Origin: a virus
Taxonomy: Duplodnaviria; Heunggongvirae; Uroviricota; Caudoviricetes
DNA: 10,723 nucleotides
Virus record (IMG/VR): IMGVR_UViG_2541047736_000008
Direction: 5' to 3' (one strand)
Shown: positions 1-9,093 of the stretch, one piece after another
Layout: each line of letters opens with the position of its first letter
How positions within the stretch are numbered: the first letter of the stretch is position 1
Translations under genes and position numbers: made by a program
The notes under the pieces: model-generated
The model's database searches: none
The model's input: the letters and a program-made list of their open reading frames with translations, nothing else
Told to the model about the DNA's origin: nothing

Positions 1-108
1 TCCGATATCACGAAGGATAAATGCAGCAAATGCCTGAGCGGCTGTAAGTTTCGCAATAACGTCGGCAACTTTGGCGGCTTCCTTTCCATTAACAAACTTT
101 CGCAGTAA
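1..108 (+). CDS. L: Tail tip protein L, C-terminal fragment (5' end lies outside the window)
   Basis: Frame-1 translation of 1..108 is SDITKDKCSKCLSGCKFRNNVGNFGGFLSINKLSQ followed by TAA at 106..108. This matches the C-terminus of lambda L as I recall it, including the Cys-rich CSKCLSGC motif. Its position immediately upstream of K fits lambda gene order. Confidence 0.85.
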   Translation, partial: SDITKDKCSKCLSGCKFRNNVGNFGGFLSINKLSQ

Positions 109-113
109 ATCCC

Positions 114-857
114 ATGACAGAGACAGAATCAGCGATTCTGGCGCACGCCCGGCGATGTGCGCCAGCGGAGTCGTGCGGCTTCGTGGTGAGAACGCCGGAG
201 GAGGAAAGATATTTTCCCTGCGTGAATATCTCCGGTGAACCGGAGGATTATTTCCGGATGGCTCCGGAGGACTGGCTGCAGGCCAAAATGCAGGGTGAGA
301 TTGTGGCGCTGGTCCACAGTCACCCCGGTGGTCTGCCCTGGCTGAGTGAGGCCGACCGGCGGCTGCAGGTACAGAGTGATTTGCCGTGGTGGCTGGTCTG
401 CCGGAGGGCGATTCACAAGTTCCGCTGTGTACCGCATCTTACCGGGCGGTGCTTTGAGCACGGGGTGACGGACTGTTACACGCTGTTCCGGGATGCTTAC
501 CATCTGGCGGGAATTGAGATGCCGGATTTTCATCGCGGGGATGACTGGTGGCGTAACGGTCAGAATCTCTATCTTGACAATATGGAGGCGACTGGTTTTT
601 ACCGTGTCGCACTGACAGAGGCGCAGCCTGGCGACGTGCTGCTGTGCTGCTTTGGTTCATCGGTGCCGAATCATGCCGCCATTTACTGTGGTGACGGCGA
701 TCTGCTGCACCATATTCCTGAACAACTGAGTAAACGAGAGAGGTATACCGACAAATGGCAGCGACGCACACACTCCCTCTGGCGTCACCGGGCATGGCGC
801 GCATCTGCCTTTACGGGGATTTACAACGATTTGGCCGCCGCATCGACCTTCGTGTGA
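114..857 (+). CDS. K: Tail assembly/tail tip protein K (JAB/MPN metalloprotease-like domain plus NlpC/P60 peptidase-like domain)
   Basis: 247-aa ORF. It carries a JAMM-like motif HSHPGGLPWLSEAD (H-x-H-x7-S-x2-D) with an upstream E-x2-G element (AESCGFVV), then an NlpC/P60-like Cys/His region (VTDCYTLF ... HAAIYCGDGDLLHH). The part from the internal ATG at 258 is near-identical to lambda K as I recall it; the lambda-style start at 258 is preceded by GGAGGA at 245..250. The ATG at 114 lies 5 nt after the L stop, so it could be translationally coupled. The true start (114 or 258) is unresolved. Confidence 0.9.
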   Translation: MTETESAILAHARRCAPAESCGFVVRTPEEERYFPCVNISGEPEDYFRMAPEDWLQAKMQGEIVALVHSHPGGLPWLSEADRRLQVQSDLPWWLVCRRAIHKFRCVPHLTGRCFEHGVTDCYTLFRDAYHLAGIEMPDFHRGDDWWRNGQNLYLDNMEATGFYRVALTEAQPGDVLLCCFGSSVPNHAAIYCGDGDLLHHIPEQLSKRERYTDKWQRRTHSLWRHRAWRASAFTGIYNDLAAASTFV

Positions 858-1402
858 AAACGGGGGCTGAAGCCATCCGGGCGCTGGCCATGCAGATCCC
901 GGCGTTTCGTCAGAAACTGAGCGACGGCTGGTATCAGGTGCGTATTGCCGGGCGTGATGCAGGCGAAAACGAATTATCTGCCCGTCTTAATGAGCCGCTG
1001 GCAAATGGTGCCGTGATCCACATCGTACCGCGCCTGGCGGGGGCTAAAAGTGGCGGCGTATTTCAGGCTGTGCTGGGGGCGACGCTGATTGCGGTGGCAT
1101 GGTGGAACCCTGCAGGCTGGCTGGGTGCTGCGGCTTTATCGGGCATGTATGCGGCAGGAGCCAGTATGATCCTGGGCGGTGTGGCCCAGATGCTGGCACC
1201 GAAAGCCCGGACGCCCACAGCGACCAGCACGGATAACGGTAAGCAGAACGCCTATTTCTCGTCACTGGATAACATGGTTGCTCAGGGCAATGTTTTGCCT
1301 GTTCTGTACGGTGAAATGCGTGTGGGGTCGCGGGTGGTATCTCAGGAGATCAGCACGGCAGACGAAGGTGACGGTGGTCAGGTTGTGGTGATTGGTCGCT
1401 GA
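755..1402 (+). CDS. I: Tail assembly protein I (ubiquitin-like N-terminal domain, hydrophobic central segment)
   Basis: 215-aa ORF beginning MAATHTLPLASPGMARICLYGDLQRFGRRIDLRVKTGAEAIRAL and ending ...YFSSLDNMVAQGNVLPVLYGEMRVGSRVVSQEISTADEGDGGQVVVIGR, matching lambda I at both ends. It overlaps the 3' end of K by 103 nt in another frame, as in lambda. The central Gly/Ala-rich hydrophobic region differs from lambda. An alternative in-frame start is the Met at 794. Confidence 0.85.
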   Translation: MAATHTLPLASPGMARICLYGDLQRFGRRIDLRVKTGAEAIRALAMQIPAFRQKLSDGWYQVRIAGRDAGENELSARLNEPLANGAVIHIVPRLAGAKSGGVFQAVLGATLIAVAWWNPAGWLGAAALSGMYAAGASMILGGVAQMLAPKARTPTATSTDNGKQNAYFSSLDNMVAQGNVLPVLYGEMRVGSRVVSQEISTADEGDGGQVVVIGR

Positions 1403-1420
1403 TGCAAAATGTTTTATGTG

Positions 1421-1440
1421 AAACCGCCTGCTGGCGGTTT
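1421..1440 (+). terminator. Stem-loop in the I-J intergenic region (weak terminator or RNA structure)
   Basis: Perfect 8-bp stem AAACCGCC (1421..1428) with GGCGGTTT (1433..1440) and a 4-nt loop TGCT, followed by a T-rich but interrupted stretch (TGTCGTTTAT). It lies between the I stop (1400..1402) and the J start (1463). It is unlikely to be a strong terminator inside a late operon. Confidence 0.25.
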
Positions 1441-1462
1441 TGTCGTTTATGGAGCATGACGA

Positions 1463-4400
1463 ATGGGTAAAGGCAGCAGTAAGGGGCATACCCCGCGCGA
1501 AGCGAAGGACAACCTGAAGTCCACGCAGTTGCTGAGTGTGATCGATGCCATCAGCGAAGGGCCGATTGAAGGTCCGGTGGATGGGTTAAAAAGCGTGCTG
1601 CTGAACAGTACGCCGGTGCTGGACAGTGAGGGGAATACCAACATCTCTGGTGTCACGGTGGTGTTCCGGGCCGGTGAGCAGGAACAGACACCGCCGGAGG
1701 GATTTGAATCCTCCGGATCCGAGACGGTGCTGGGTACGGAAGTGAAATACGACACGCCGATCACCCGGACCATCACGTCGGCAAACATCGACCGTCTGCG
1801 CTTTACCTTCGGTGTGCAGGCACTGGTGGAAACCACCTCAAAGGGGGACCGGAATCCGTCGGAAGTCCGCCTGCTGGTTCAGATACAGCGTAATGGTGGC
1901 TGGGTGACGGAAAAAGACATCACCATTAAGGGCAAAACCACCTCGCAGTATCTGGCCTCGGTGGTGGTGGATAACCTGCCGCCGCGCCCGTTTAATATCC
2001 GGATGCGCAGGATGACGCCGGACAGCACCACAGACCAGCTGCAGAACAAAACGCTCTGGTCGTCATACACCGAAATCATCGATGTGAAACAGTGCTACCC
2101 GAACACGGCACTGGTCGGCGTGCAGGTGGACTCGGAACAGTTCGGCAGCCAGCAGGTGAGCCGTAATTATCATCTTCGCGGGCGCATTCTGCAGGTGCCG
2201 TCGAACTATAACCCGCAGACGCGACAATACAGCGGTATCTGGGACGGAACGTTTAAGCCAGCATACAGCAACAACATGGCCTGGTGTCTGTGGGATATGC
2301 TGACCCATCCGCGCTACGGCATGGGAAAACGTCTTGGTGCGTCGGATGTGGATAAATGGGCGCTGTATGTCATCGGCCAGTACTGCGACCAGTCGGTGCC
2401 GGACGGCTTTGGCGGCACGGAGCCGCGCATCACCTGTAATGCCTGGCTGACCACGCAGCGTAAGGCGTGGGATGTGCTCAGTGATTTCTGCTCGGCGATG
2501 CGCTGTATGCCGGTATGGAACGGGCAGACGCTGACGTTCGTGCAGGACCGACCATCAGATAAGGTGTGGACCTATAACCGCAGTAATGTGGTGATGCCGG
2601 ATGATGGCGCGCCGTTCCGCTACAGCTTCAGCGCCCTGAAGGACCGCCATAATGCCGTTGAGGTGAACTGGATTGACCCGAACAACGGCTGGGAGACGGC
2701 GACAGAGCTTGTTGAAGATACGCAGGCCATTGCCCGTTACGGTCGTAATGTCACGAAGATGGATGCCTTTGGCTGTACCAGCCGGGGGCAGGCACACCGC
2801 GCCGGGCTGTGGCTGATTAAAACGGAACTGCTGGAGACGCAGACCGTGGATTTCAGCGTGGGTGCTGAAGGGCTTCGCCATGTACCGGGCGATGTCATTG
2901 AAATCTGCGATGATGACTATGCCGGTATCAGCACCGGTGGTCGCGTGCTGGCGGTGAACAGCCAGACCCGGACGCTGACGCTCGACCGTGAAATCACGCT
3001 GCCATCCTCCGGTACCACGCTGATAAGCCTGGTTGACGGAAGTGGTAATCCGGTCAGCGTGGAGGTTCAGTCCGTCACCGACGGACTTAAGGTGAAAGTG
3101 AATCGGGTTCCTGACGGCGTTGCAGAATACAGTGTGTGGGGGCTGAAGTTGCCGACGTTGCGTCAGCGCCTGTTCCGCTGTGTGAGTATCCGTGAGAACG
3201 ATGACGGCACGTATGCCATCACTGCCGTGCAGCATGTACCGGAAAAAGAAGCCATCGTGGATAACGGGGCGCACTTTGACGGCGACCAGAGCGGCACGGT
3301 GAATGGTGTCACGCCGCCAGCGGTGCAGCACCTGACCGCCGAAGTCACCGCAGACAGCGGGGAATACCAGGTGCTGGCGCGCTGGGATACGCCGAAGGTG
3401 GTGAAGGGCGTGAGCTTCCTGCTTCGCCTGACCGTGGCAGCGGATGACGGCCGTGAGCGGCTGGTCAGCACGGCCCGGACGACGGAAACCACTTACCGCT
3501 TCACACAACTGGCTCTGGGGAACTACAGGCTGACAGTCCGGGCAGTAAATGCGTGGGGGCAGCAGGGCGATCCGGCGTCGGTATCGTTCCGGATTGCCGC
3601 ACCGGCAGCGCCGTCGCGGATTGAGCTGACGCCGGGCTATTTTCAGATAACCGCCACGCCGCATCTTGCGGTTTATGACCCGACGGTACAGTTTGAGTTC
3701 TGGTTCTCGGAAAAACGGATTGCGGATATCAGGCAGGTTGAAACCAGCGCGCGTTATCTTGGTACGGCACTGTACTGGATAGCCGCCAGTATCAATATCA
3801 AACCGGGCCATGATTATTATTTTTACGTTCGCAGTGTGAACACCGTTGGCAAATCGGCATTCGTGGAGGCTGTCGGTCAGCCGAGTGATGATGCATCAGG
3901 CTATCTGGATTTTTTCAAAGGCGAGATAGGGAAAACCCATCTGGCTCAGGAGCTGTGGACGCAGATTGATAACGGTCAGCTTGCGCCTGACCTGACTGAA
4001 ATCAGGACGTCCATAACGGATGTCAGCAATGAAATAACACAGACCGTCAATAAGAAACTGGAAGACCAGAGTGCAGCGATCCAGCAGATACAGAAGGTTC
4101 AGGTTGATACAAATAATAACCTGAACAGCATGTGGGCAGTGAAGCTGCAGCAGATGCAGGACGGACGCCTTTATATTGCGGGTATCGGTGCCGGTATTGA
4201 GAACACCCCTGACGGCATGCAGAGTCAGGTGCTGCTGGCAGCAGACAGGATTGCGATGATTAATCCTGCGAATGGCAACACAAAGCCGATGTTTGTTGGT
4301 CAGGGCGATCAGATATTCATGAATGAAGTGTTCCTGAAACGCCTGACGGCCCCCACCATTACCAGCGGCGGTAATCCTCCGGCATTTTCCCTGACATCAG

Positions 4401-4960
4401 ACGGGAGACTGACGGCGAAAAATGCGGATATCAGTGGCAGTGTGAATGCGAACTCAGGAACGCTCAACAATGTCACGATTAACCAGAACTGTACGATTAA
4501 GGGCATGCTGGAGGCGACCCAGGTCAGAGGAGATTTCGTTAAAGCTGTATCAAAAGCCTTCCCGAAAAAAGTCGGTACGTGGGGTAACACGGAAACACCA
4601 AACGGTACGGTTACAGTCACCATCAGCGATGATCATAACTTTGACCGCCAGATTATTATTCCGCCCATTATTTTTAACGGTATAGCGTATGACGATCCGG
4701 GGAGCGGAAATAACCCGGGAGGCACGCGATACACGGGTTATGGTTTTGAAGTTCGCAAAAACGGCGTATTAATCGCATCCAGAGAAACTAAAGGGGCCAT
4801 TCCCGGTAGTTACAGTGCAGTTATTGATATGCCTAGTGGTGGTGGTAGCGTCACTCTGGAGTTTAAGATTTTCCAGAAAGGCAATCAGGGGGCAGGCAAT
4901 ATCACCGACTGTACGGTGATTGTGACCAAAAAAGCGGCTTCCGGCATCAGTATTCGTTGA
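1463..4960 (+). CDS. J: Host specificity protein J (central tail fiber / tail tip; receptor-binding C-terminus)
   Basis: 1165-aa ORF. The N-terminus [44 protein letters not shown] and roughly the first 800 residues match lambda J as I recall it, including the fibronectin-III-like region (about nt 3300..3900). A GGAG lies 8 nt upstream of the ATG. The last roughly 350 aa are divergent. Confidence 0.95.
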   Translation: MGKGSSKGHTPREAKDNLKSTQLLSVIDAISEGPIEGPVDGLKSVLLNSTPVLDSEGNTNISGVTVVFRAGEQEQTPPEGFESSGSETVLGTEVKYDTPITRTITSANIDRLRFTFGVQALVETTSKGDRNPSEVRLLVQIQRNGGWVTEKDITIKGKTTSQYLASVVVDNLPPRPFNIRMRRMTPDSTTDQLQNKTLWSSYTEIIDVKQCYPNTALVGVQVDSEQFGSQQVSRNYHLRGRILQVPSNYNPQTRQYSGIWDGTFKPAYSNNMAWCLWDMLTHPRYGMGKRLGASDVDKWALYVIGQYCDQSVPDGFGGTEPRITCNAWLTTQRKAWDVLSDFCSAMRCMPVWNGQTLTFVQDRPSDKVWTYNRSNVVMPDDGAPFRYSFSALKDRHNAVEVNWIDPNNGWETATELVEDTQAIARYGRNVTKMDAFGCTSRGQAHRAGLWLIKTELLETQTVDFSVGAEGLRHVPGDVIEICDDDYAGISTGGRVLAVNSQTRTLTLDREITLPSSGTTLISLVDGSGNPVSVEVQSVTDGLKVKVNRVPDGVAEYSVWGLKLPTLRQRLFRCVSIRENDDGTYAITAVQHVPEKEAIVDNGAHFDGDQSGTVNGVTPPAVQHLTAEVTADSGEYQVLARWDTPKVVKGVSFLLRLTVAADDGRERLVSTARTTETTYRFTQLALGNYRLTVRAVNAWGQQGDPASVSFRIAAPAAPSRIELTPGYFQITATPHLAVYDPTVQFEFWFSEKRIADIRQVETSARYLGTALYWIAASINIKPGHDYYFYVRSVNTVGKSAFVEAVGQPSDDASGYLDFFKGEIGKTHLAQELWTQIDNGQLAPDLTEIRTSITDVSNEITQTVNKKLEDQSAAIQQIQKVQVDTNNNLNSMWAVKLQQMQDGRLYIAGIGAGIENTPDGMQSQVLLAADRIAMINPANGNTKPMFVGQGDQIFMNEVFLKRLTAPTITSGGNPPAFSLTSDGRLTAKNADISGSVNANSGTLNNVTINQNCTIKGMLEATQVRGDFVKAVSKAFPKKVGTWGNTETPNGTVTVTISDDHNFDRQIIIPPIIFNGIAYDDPGSGNNPGGTRYTGYGFEVRKNGVLIASRETKGAIPGSYSAVIDMPSGGGSVTLEFKIFQKGNQGAGNITDCTVIVTKKAASGISIR

Positions 4961-4982
4961 AATATTTATAACCCCAATAAAT

Positions 4983-5006
4983 GGCGTCAGGAATGACGCC
5001 TTTTTT
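4983..5006 (+). terminator. Rho-independent terminator between J and lom
   Basis: Perfect 7-bp GC-rich stem GGCGTCA (4983..4989) with TGACGCC (4994..5000), GGAA tetraloop, immediately followed by TTTTTT (5001..5006). It starts 23 nt after the J stop codon. Confidence 0.6.
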
Positions 5007-5030
5007 ATTGCAGAAAAGCGAGAGGTAATT

Positions 5031-5630
5031 ATGCGTAAAGTTTGTGCAGCAATTTTGTCCGCAGCCATTTGTCTGGCCGTATCCGGTGCGCCTGCATGGG
5101 CGTCTGAACATCAGTCCACGCTGAGCGCGGGGTATCTTCATGCCTCGACGAACGTCCCCGGCAGTGATGATCTGAACGGGATTAACGTGAAATACCGTTA
5201 TGAGTTTACGGACACACTGGGGCTGGTGACGTCATTCAGCTATGCAGGAGACAAGAATCGCCAGCTGACCCATTACAGCGATACTCGCTGGCATGAAGAT
5301 TCCGTTCGTAACCGCTGGTTCAGCGTAATGGCGGGGCCGTCTGTGCGCGTGAATGAATGGTTCAGCGCGTATGCGATGGCGGGTGTGGCTTACAGCCGTG
5401 TGTCGACTTTCTCCGGGGATTATCTTCGCGTAACTGACAACAAGGGGAAAACGCACGATGTGCTGACCGGAAGTGATGACGGTCGCCACAGCAACACGTC
5501 TCTGGCGTGGGGAGCTGGCGTGCAGTTTAACCCGACCGAATCCGTGGCCATTGATATTGCTTATGAAGGCTCCGGCAGTGGCGACTGGCGCACTGACGGT
5601 TTCATCGTGGGTGTCGGTTATAAGTTCTGA
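5031..5630 (+). CDS. lom: Outer membrane beta-barrel protein Lom (Ail/Lom/OmpX/PagC family); lysogenic-conversion moron
   Basis: 199-aa ORF with a signal-peptide-like N-terminus (MRKVCAAILSAAICLAVSGAPAWA) and a C-terminal aromatic residue (..GVGYKF), typical of small OMP barrels. It is near-identical to lambda Lom as I recall it. AGAGG lies 5 nt upstream of the ATG, and the gene is flanked by intrinsic terminators. Confidence 0.92.
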   Translation: MRKVCAAILSAAICLAVSGAPAWASEHQSTLSAGYLHASTNVPGSDDLNGINVKYRYEFTDTLGLVTSFSYAGDKNRQLTHYSDTRWHEDSVRNRWFSVMAGPSVRVNEWFSAYAMAGVAYSRVSTFSGDYLRVTDNKGKTHDVLTGSDDGRHSNTSLAWGAGVQFNPTESVAIDIAYEGSGSGDWRTDGFIVGVGYKF

Positions 5631-5656
5631 TTAGCCAGGTAACACAGTGTTATGAC

Positions 5657-5683
5657 AGCCCGCCGGTTCAGGCGGGCTTTTTT
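5657..5683 (+). terminator. Rho-independent terminator downstream of lom
   Basis: 7-bp GC stem GCCCGCC (5658..5664) with GGCGGGC (5671..5677), 6-nt loop, followed by TTTTTT (5678..5683). It lies 28 nt after the lom stop. Confidence 0.65.
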
Positions 5684-5694
5684 GTGGGGTGAAT

Positions 5695-8600
5695 ATGGCA
5701 GTAAAGATTTCAGGTGTACTGAAAGACGGCACAGGAAAACCGGTACAGAACTGCACAATCCAGCTGAAAGCAAAACGTAACAGCACCACGGTGGTGGTGA
5801 ACACGCTGGCCTCAGAAAATCCGGATGAAGCCGGGCGTTACAGCATGGACGTTGAGTACGGTCAGTACAGCGTTATTCTGTTGGTGGAAGGATTCCCGCC
5901 GTCACATGCCGGGACCATCACCGTGTATGAAGATTCCCGACCCGGTACGCTGAATGATTTTCTCGGTGCCATGACGGAGGATGATGCCCGTCCGGAGGCT
6001 CTGCGCCGTTTTGAACTGATGGTGGAAGAGGTGACGCGTAACGCGTCCGCGGTGGCACAGAACACGGCAGCCGCGAAGAAGTCAGCCAGTGATGCCGGCA
6101 CATCTGCCCGTGAGGCGGCAACCCATGCGACTGATGCTGCAGGCTCAGCACGCGCAGCCAGCACGTCAGCCGGACAGGCCGCGTCGTCAGCTCAGTCAGC
6201 GTCTTCCAGCGCAGGAACGGCATCAACAAAGGCCACTGAAGCGGAAAAAAGTGCTGCCGCTGCAGAGTCCTCAAAAAGCGCGGCAGCTACCAGTGCCAGT
6301 GCCGCGAAAACGTCAGAAACGAATGCGGCAGCGTCACAACAATCAGCAGCCACTTCTGCATCCACCGCGACTACGAAAGCGTCAGAAGCTGCCACCTCAG
6401 CCCGGGATGCGTCGGCTTCAAAAGAGGCGGCAAAATCATCAGAAACGAACGCATCCTCGAGCGCCAGTAATGCCGCTTCCTCGGCAACGGCGGCAGGAAA
6501 TTCTGCGAAGGCGGCAAAAACGTCCGAGACGAACGCTAAGTCTTCTGAAACGGCAGCGGGACAGAGTGCCTCAGCTGCGGCAGGCTCAAAAACAGCGGCT
6601 GCGTCGTCTGCCAGTGCAGCGTCAACAAGTGCCGGGCAGGCCTCAGCCAGTGCTAGCGCCGCCGGAAAATCGGCAGAAAGCGCCGCATCGTCCGCTTCAA
6701 CAGCCACAACGAAGGCTGGCGAAGCCACTGAACAGGCCAGTGCAGCAGCGAGGTCTGCTTCCGCAGCGAAGACATCGGAGACGAACGCGAAAGCGTCGGA
6801 GACCAGCGCAGAATCCTCAAAAACGGCTGCCGCATCGTCCGCCAGTTCGGCGGCGTCATCGGCATCATCGGCGTCTGCTTCAAAAGATGAGGCGACCAGA
6901 CAAGCGTCCGCAGCGAAGGGCAGCGCCACGACAGCATCCACGAAGGCGACAGAGGCTGCTGGCAGTGCGACGGCGGCAGCACAGAGCAAAAGTACGGCGG
7001 AATCCGCGGCAACGCGCGCCGAGACAGCGGCAAAACGTGCAGAGGATATTGCATCCGCCGTGGCGCTTGAGGATGCGAGCACGACGAAAAAGGGGATAGT
7101 ACAGCTCAGTAGTGCGACTAATAGCACGTCTGAAACGCTGGCGGCAACGCCAAAGGCAGTAAAAGCAGCCAATGACAATGCTGAGAAACGTCTGCAGAAA
7201 GACCAGAACGGCGCTGATATACCCGATAAGGGACGCTTCCTGAACAACATTAACGCGGTCAGTAAAACAGACTTTGCTGATAAGCGTGGTATGCGTTATG
7301 TGCGGGTTAACGCTCCTGCAGGTGCAACATCTGGAAAATATTACCCTGTTGTTGTTATGCGTTCTGCTGGCTCAGTAAGCGAACTGGCATCAAGGGTCAT
7401 TATCACCACGGCAACGCGAATCGCAGGCGATCCGATGAATAACTGCGAGTTTAACGGATTTGTTATGCCTGGTGGCTGGACTGACAGGGGGCGTTATGCT
7501 TATGGAATGTTCTGGCAATATCAAAACAATGAACGAGCCATCCACTCAATAATGATGAGTAATAAGGGCGATGATTTGCGCTCTGTGTTCTATGTTGATG
7601 GCGCTGCTTTCCCTGTTTTTGCGTTTCTCGAAGATGGCCTGTCAATATCCGCACCTGGTGCTGATCTCGTTGTTAATGATACGACCTATAAGTTTGGGGC
7701 AACAAATCCGGCGACTGAATGTATCGCGGCGGACGTTATCCTTGATTTTAAGAGTGGGCGTGGTTTTTATGAGTCTCATTCGTTAATCGTTAACGATAAC
7801 TTGTCGTGCAAAAAACTTTTTGCCACAGACGAAATTGTAGCGCGTGGTGGTAATCAGATTCGAATGATAGGTGGGGAGTATGGTGCATTATGGCGTAATG
7901 ATGGCGCTAAAACTTACCTGCTGCTTACCAATCAAGGTGATGTTTATGGTGGCTGGAATACATTAAGACCGTTTGTTATTGATAACGCAACCGGCGAACT
8001 GGTTATTGGAACCAAACTGTCTGCAAGTCTGAACGGTAACGCATTGACAGCAACAAAGCTGCAAACGCCAAGACTGGTTTCTGGTGTTGAGTTTGATGGT
8101 TCCAAAGATATTACTTTAACCGCCGCGCATGTGGCTGCTTTTGCCAGAAGGGCAACGGATACATATGCCGATGCGGATGGTGGCGTTCCATGGAATGCCG
8201 AATCAGGCGCTTACAATGTCACCCGCTCTGGCAACAGCTATATTCTGGTTAACTTCTATACCGGAGTCGGAAGTTGCCGGACCTTGCAGATGAAGGCGCA
8301 TTACAGAAATGGTGGTCTGTTCTACCGTTCTTCAAGAGACGGTTATGGTTTTGAGGAAGACTGGGCAGAAGTTTATACCTCGAAAAATCTTCCACCAGAA
8401 AGCTACCCAGTCGGCGCACCAATCCCGTGGCCATCAGATACCGTTCCGTCTGGTTATGCCCTGATGCAGGGGCAGACTTTTGACAAATCTGCCTACCCGA
8501 AACTTGCAGCCGCTTATCCGTCAGGCGTGATCCCTGATATGCGTGGCTGGACGATTAAGGGCAAGCCCGCCAGTGGTCGTGCCGTATTGTCTCAGGAACA

Positions 8601-9093
8601 GGACGGCATAAAATCGCATACCCACAGCGCCAGCGCATCCAGTACTGATTTGGGGACGAAAACCACATCGTCGTTTGATTACGGCACTAAATCCACGAAT
8701 AACACTGGTGCGCATACCCATAGTTTAAGTGGCAGCACGAATGCAGCTGGTAATCACAGCCATAGAGATGGCCGTCGATTTAACCCCAGTGTTTTTAAAG
8801 ATACTTATCAATATGGTTATACAAGCTCAGGTCAAAATACCTGGGGTGTGCAAGGCTCAGTAGGTATGTCTACGGGGGCGTTAGCTAATACCAGTACAGA
8901 TGGTAACCATAGCCACTCACTGTCCGGCACAGCAGCATCTGCAGGTGCACACGCACATACTGTCGGTATTGGTGCACACACGCACTCCGTTGCGATTGGT
9001 TCACATGGACACACCATCACCGTTAACGCTGCTGGTAACGCGGAAAACACCGTCAAAAACATCGCATTTAACTATATTGTGAGGCTTGCATAA
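5695..9093 (+). CDS. stf: Side tail fiber protein Stf, intact and long (about 1133 aa) with mosaic domain structure
   Basis: The N-terminus [37 protein letters not shown] matches lambda Stf. The ORF track starts at GTG 5689; I prefer the ATG at 5695 (GGGG/GTG 6 to 8 nt upstream, same start as lambda). The middle carries a phage tail-fiber repeat motif ([30 protein letters not shown]). The C-terminus holds seven HxH motifs (HTH, HTH, HSH, HSH, HAH, HTH, HGH) as in lambda Stf and the T4 gp37 tip, and ends ...[18 protein letters not shown]. Confidence 0.9.
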   Translation: MAVKISGVLKDGTGKPVQNCTIQLKAKRNSTTVVVNTLASENPDEAGRYSMDVEYGQYSVILLVEGFPPSHAGTITVYEDSRPGTLNDFLGAMTEDDARPEALRRFELMVEEVTRNASAVAQNTAAAKKSASDAGTSAREAATHATDAAGSARAASTSAGQAASSAQSASSSAGTASTKATEAEKSAAAAESSKSAAATSASAAKTSETNAAASQQSAATSASTATTKASEAATSARDASASKEAAKSSETNASSSASNAASSATAAGNSAKAAKTSETNAKSSETAAGQSASAAAGSKTAAASSASAASTSAGQASASASAAGKSAESAASSASTATTKAGEATEQASAAARSASAAKTSETNAKASETSAESSKTAAASSASSAASSASSASASKDEATRQASAAKGSATTASTKATEAAGSATAAAQSKSTAESAATRAETAAKRAEDIASAVALEDASTTKKGIVQLSSATNSTSETLAATPKAVKAANDNAEKRLQKDQNGADIPDKGRFLNNINAVSKTDFADKRGMRYVRVNAPAGATSGKYYPVVVMRSAGSVSELASRVIITTATRIAGDPMNNCEFNGFVMPGGWTDRGRYAYGMFWQYQNNERAIHSIMMSNKGDDLRSVFYVDGAAFPVFAFLEDGLSISAPGADLVVNDTTYKFGATNPATECIAADVILDFKSGRGFYESHSLIVNDNLSCKKLFATDEIVARGGNQIRMIGGEYGALWRNDGAKTYLLLTNQGDVYGGWNTLRPFVIDNATGELVIGTKLSASLNGNALTATKLQTPRLVSGVEFDGSKDITLTAAHVAAFARRATDTYADADGGVPWNAESGAYNVTRSGNSYILVNFYTGVGSCRTLQMKAHYRNGGLFYRSSRDGYGFEEDWAEVYTSKNLPPESYPVGAPIPWPSDTVPSGYALMQGQTFDKSAYPKLAAAYPSGVIPDMRGWTIKGKPASGRAVLSQEQDGIKSHTHSASASSTDLGTKTTSSFDYGTKSTNNTGAHTHSLSGSTNAAGNHSHRDGRRFNPSVFKDTYQYGYTSSGQNTWGVQGSVGMSTGALANTSTDGNHSHSLSGTAASAGAHAHTVGIGAHTHSVAIGSHGHTITVNAAGNAENTVKNIAFNYIVRLA
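6060..7030 (+). repeat. Degenerate in-frame tandem repeats (Ala/Ser/Thr-rich low-complexity segment) inside stf
   Basis: Recurring K-[TS]-SETNA units (DNA AAAACGTCAGAAACGAATGCG at about 6307, 6433, 6518 and 6770 with variations) are embedded in about 320 aa of A/S/T-rich sequence. This composition creates long spurious ORFs in other frames and on the opposite strand (6089..7099 +, 6192..7250 -). Confidence 0.6.

Noticed and set aside
129-804. Antisense ORFs 129..533 (134 aa) and 439..804 (121 aa) within K
   Set aside because: They are embedded in the conserved K gene on the opposite strand, with no start context or domain signal. Typical spurious ORFs.
2555-3811. 418-aa ORF on the minus strand, antisense to J
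   Set aside because: It lies entirely inside the strongly conserved J coding region. Its Arg/Pro/His-rich composition is typical of antisense translation of GC-rich coding DNA, and it has no ribosome-binding site or recognisable domain.
4769-5141. Minus-strand ORFs spanning the J-lom junction (4769..5068, 4947..5141)
   Set aside because: They overlap the J 3' end, the intrinsic terminator and the lom signal-peptide region on the opposite strand, and have no support. The + strand genes account for this DNA.
5689-5694. GTG start for stf at 5689, as suggested by the ORF track
   Set aside because: The ATG at 5695 gives the same N-terminus as lambda Stf (MAVKISG...) and leaves a G-rich Shine-Dalgarno-like stretch 6 to 8 nt upstream. 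The two extra codons are unnecessary.
6060-7030. CRISPR array
   Set aside because: The repeats are degenerate, in-frame and protein-coding within stf, with no regular repeat-spacer periodicity. No cas genes are present.
6089-7250. Two large ORFs in the stf repeat region (6089..7099 +, 336 aa, Arg/Pro/Gln-rich; 6192..7250 -, 352 aa, Ala-rich)
   Set aside because: They are artifacts of the low-complexity Ala/Ser repeat DNA of stf read in other frames. The stf frame is the one supported by the lambda-like N- and C-termini.
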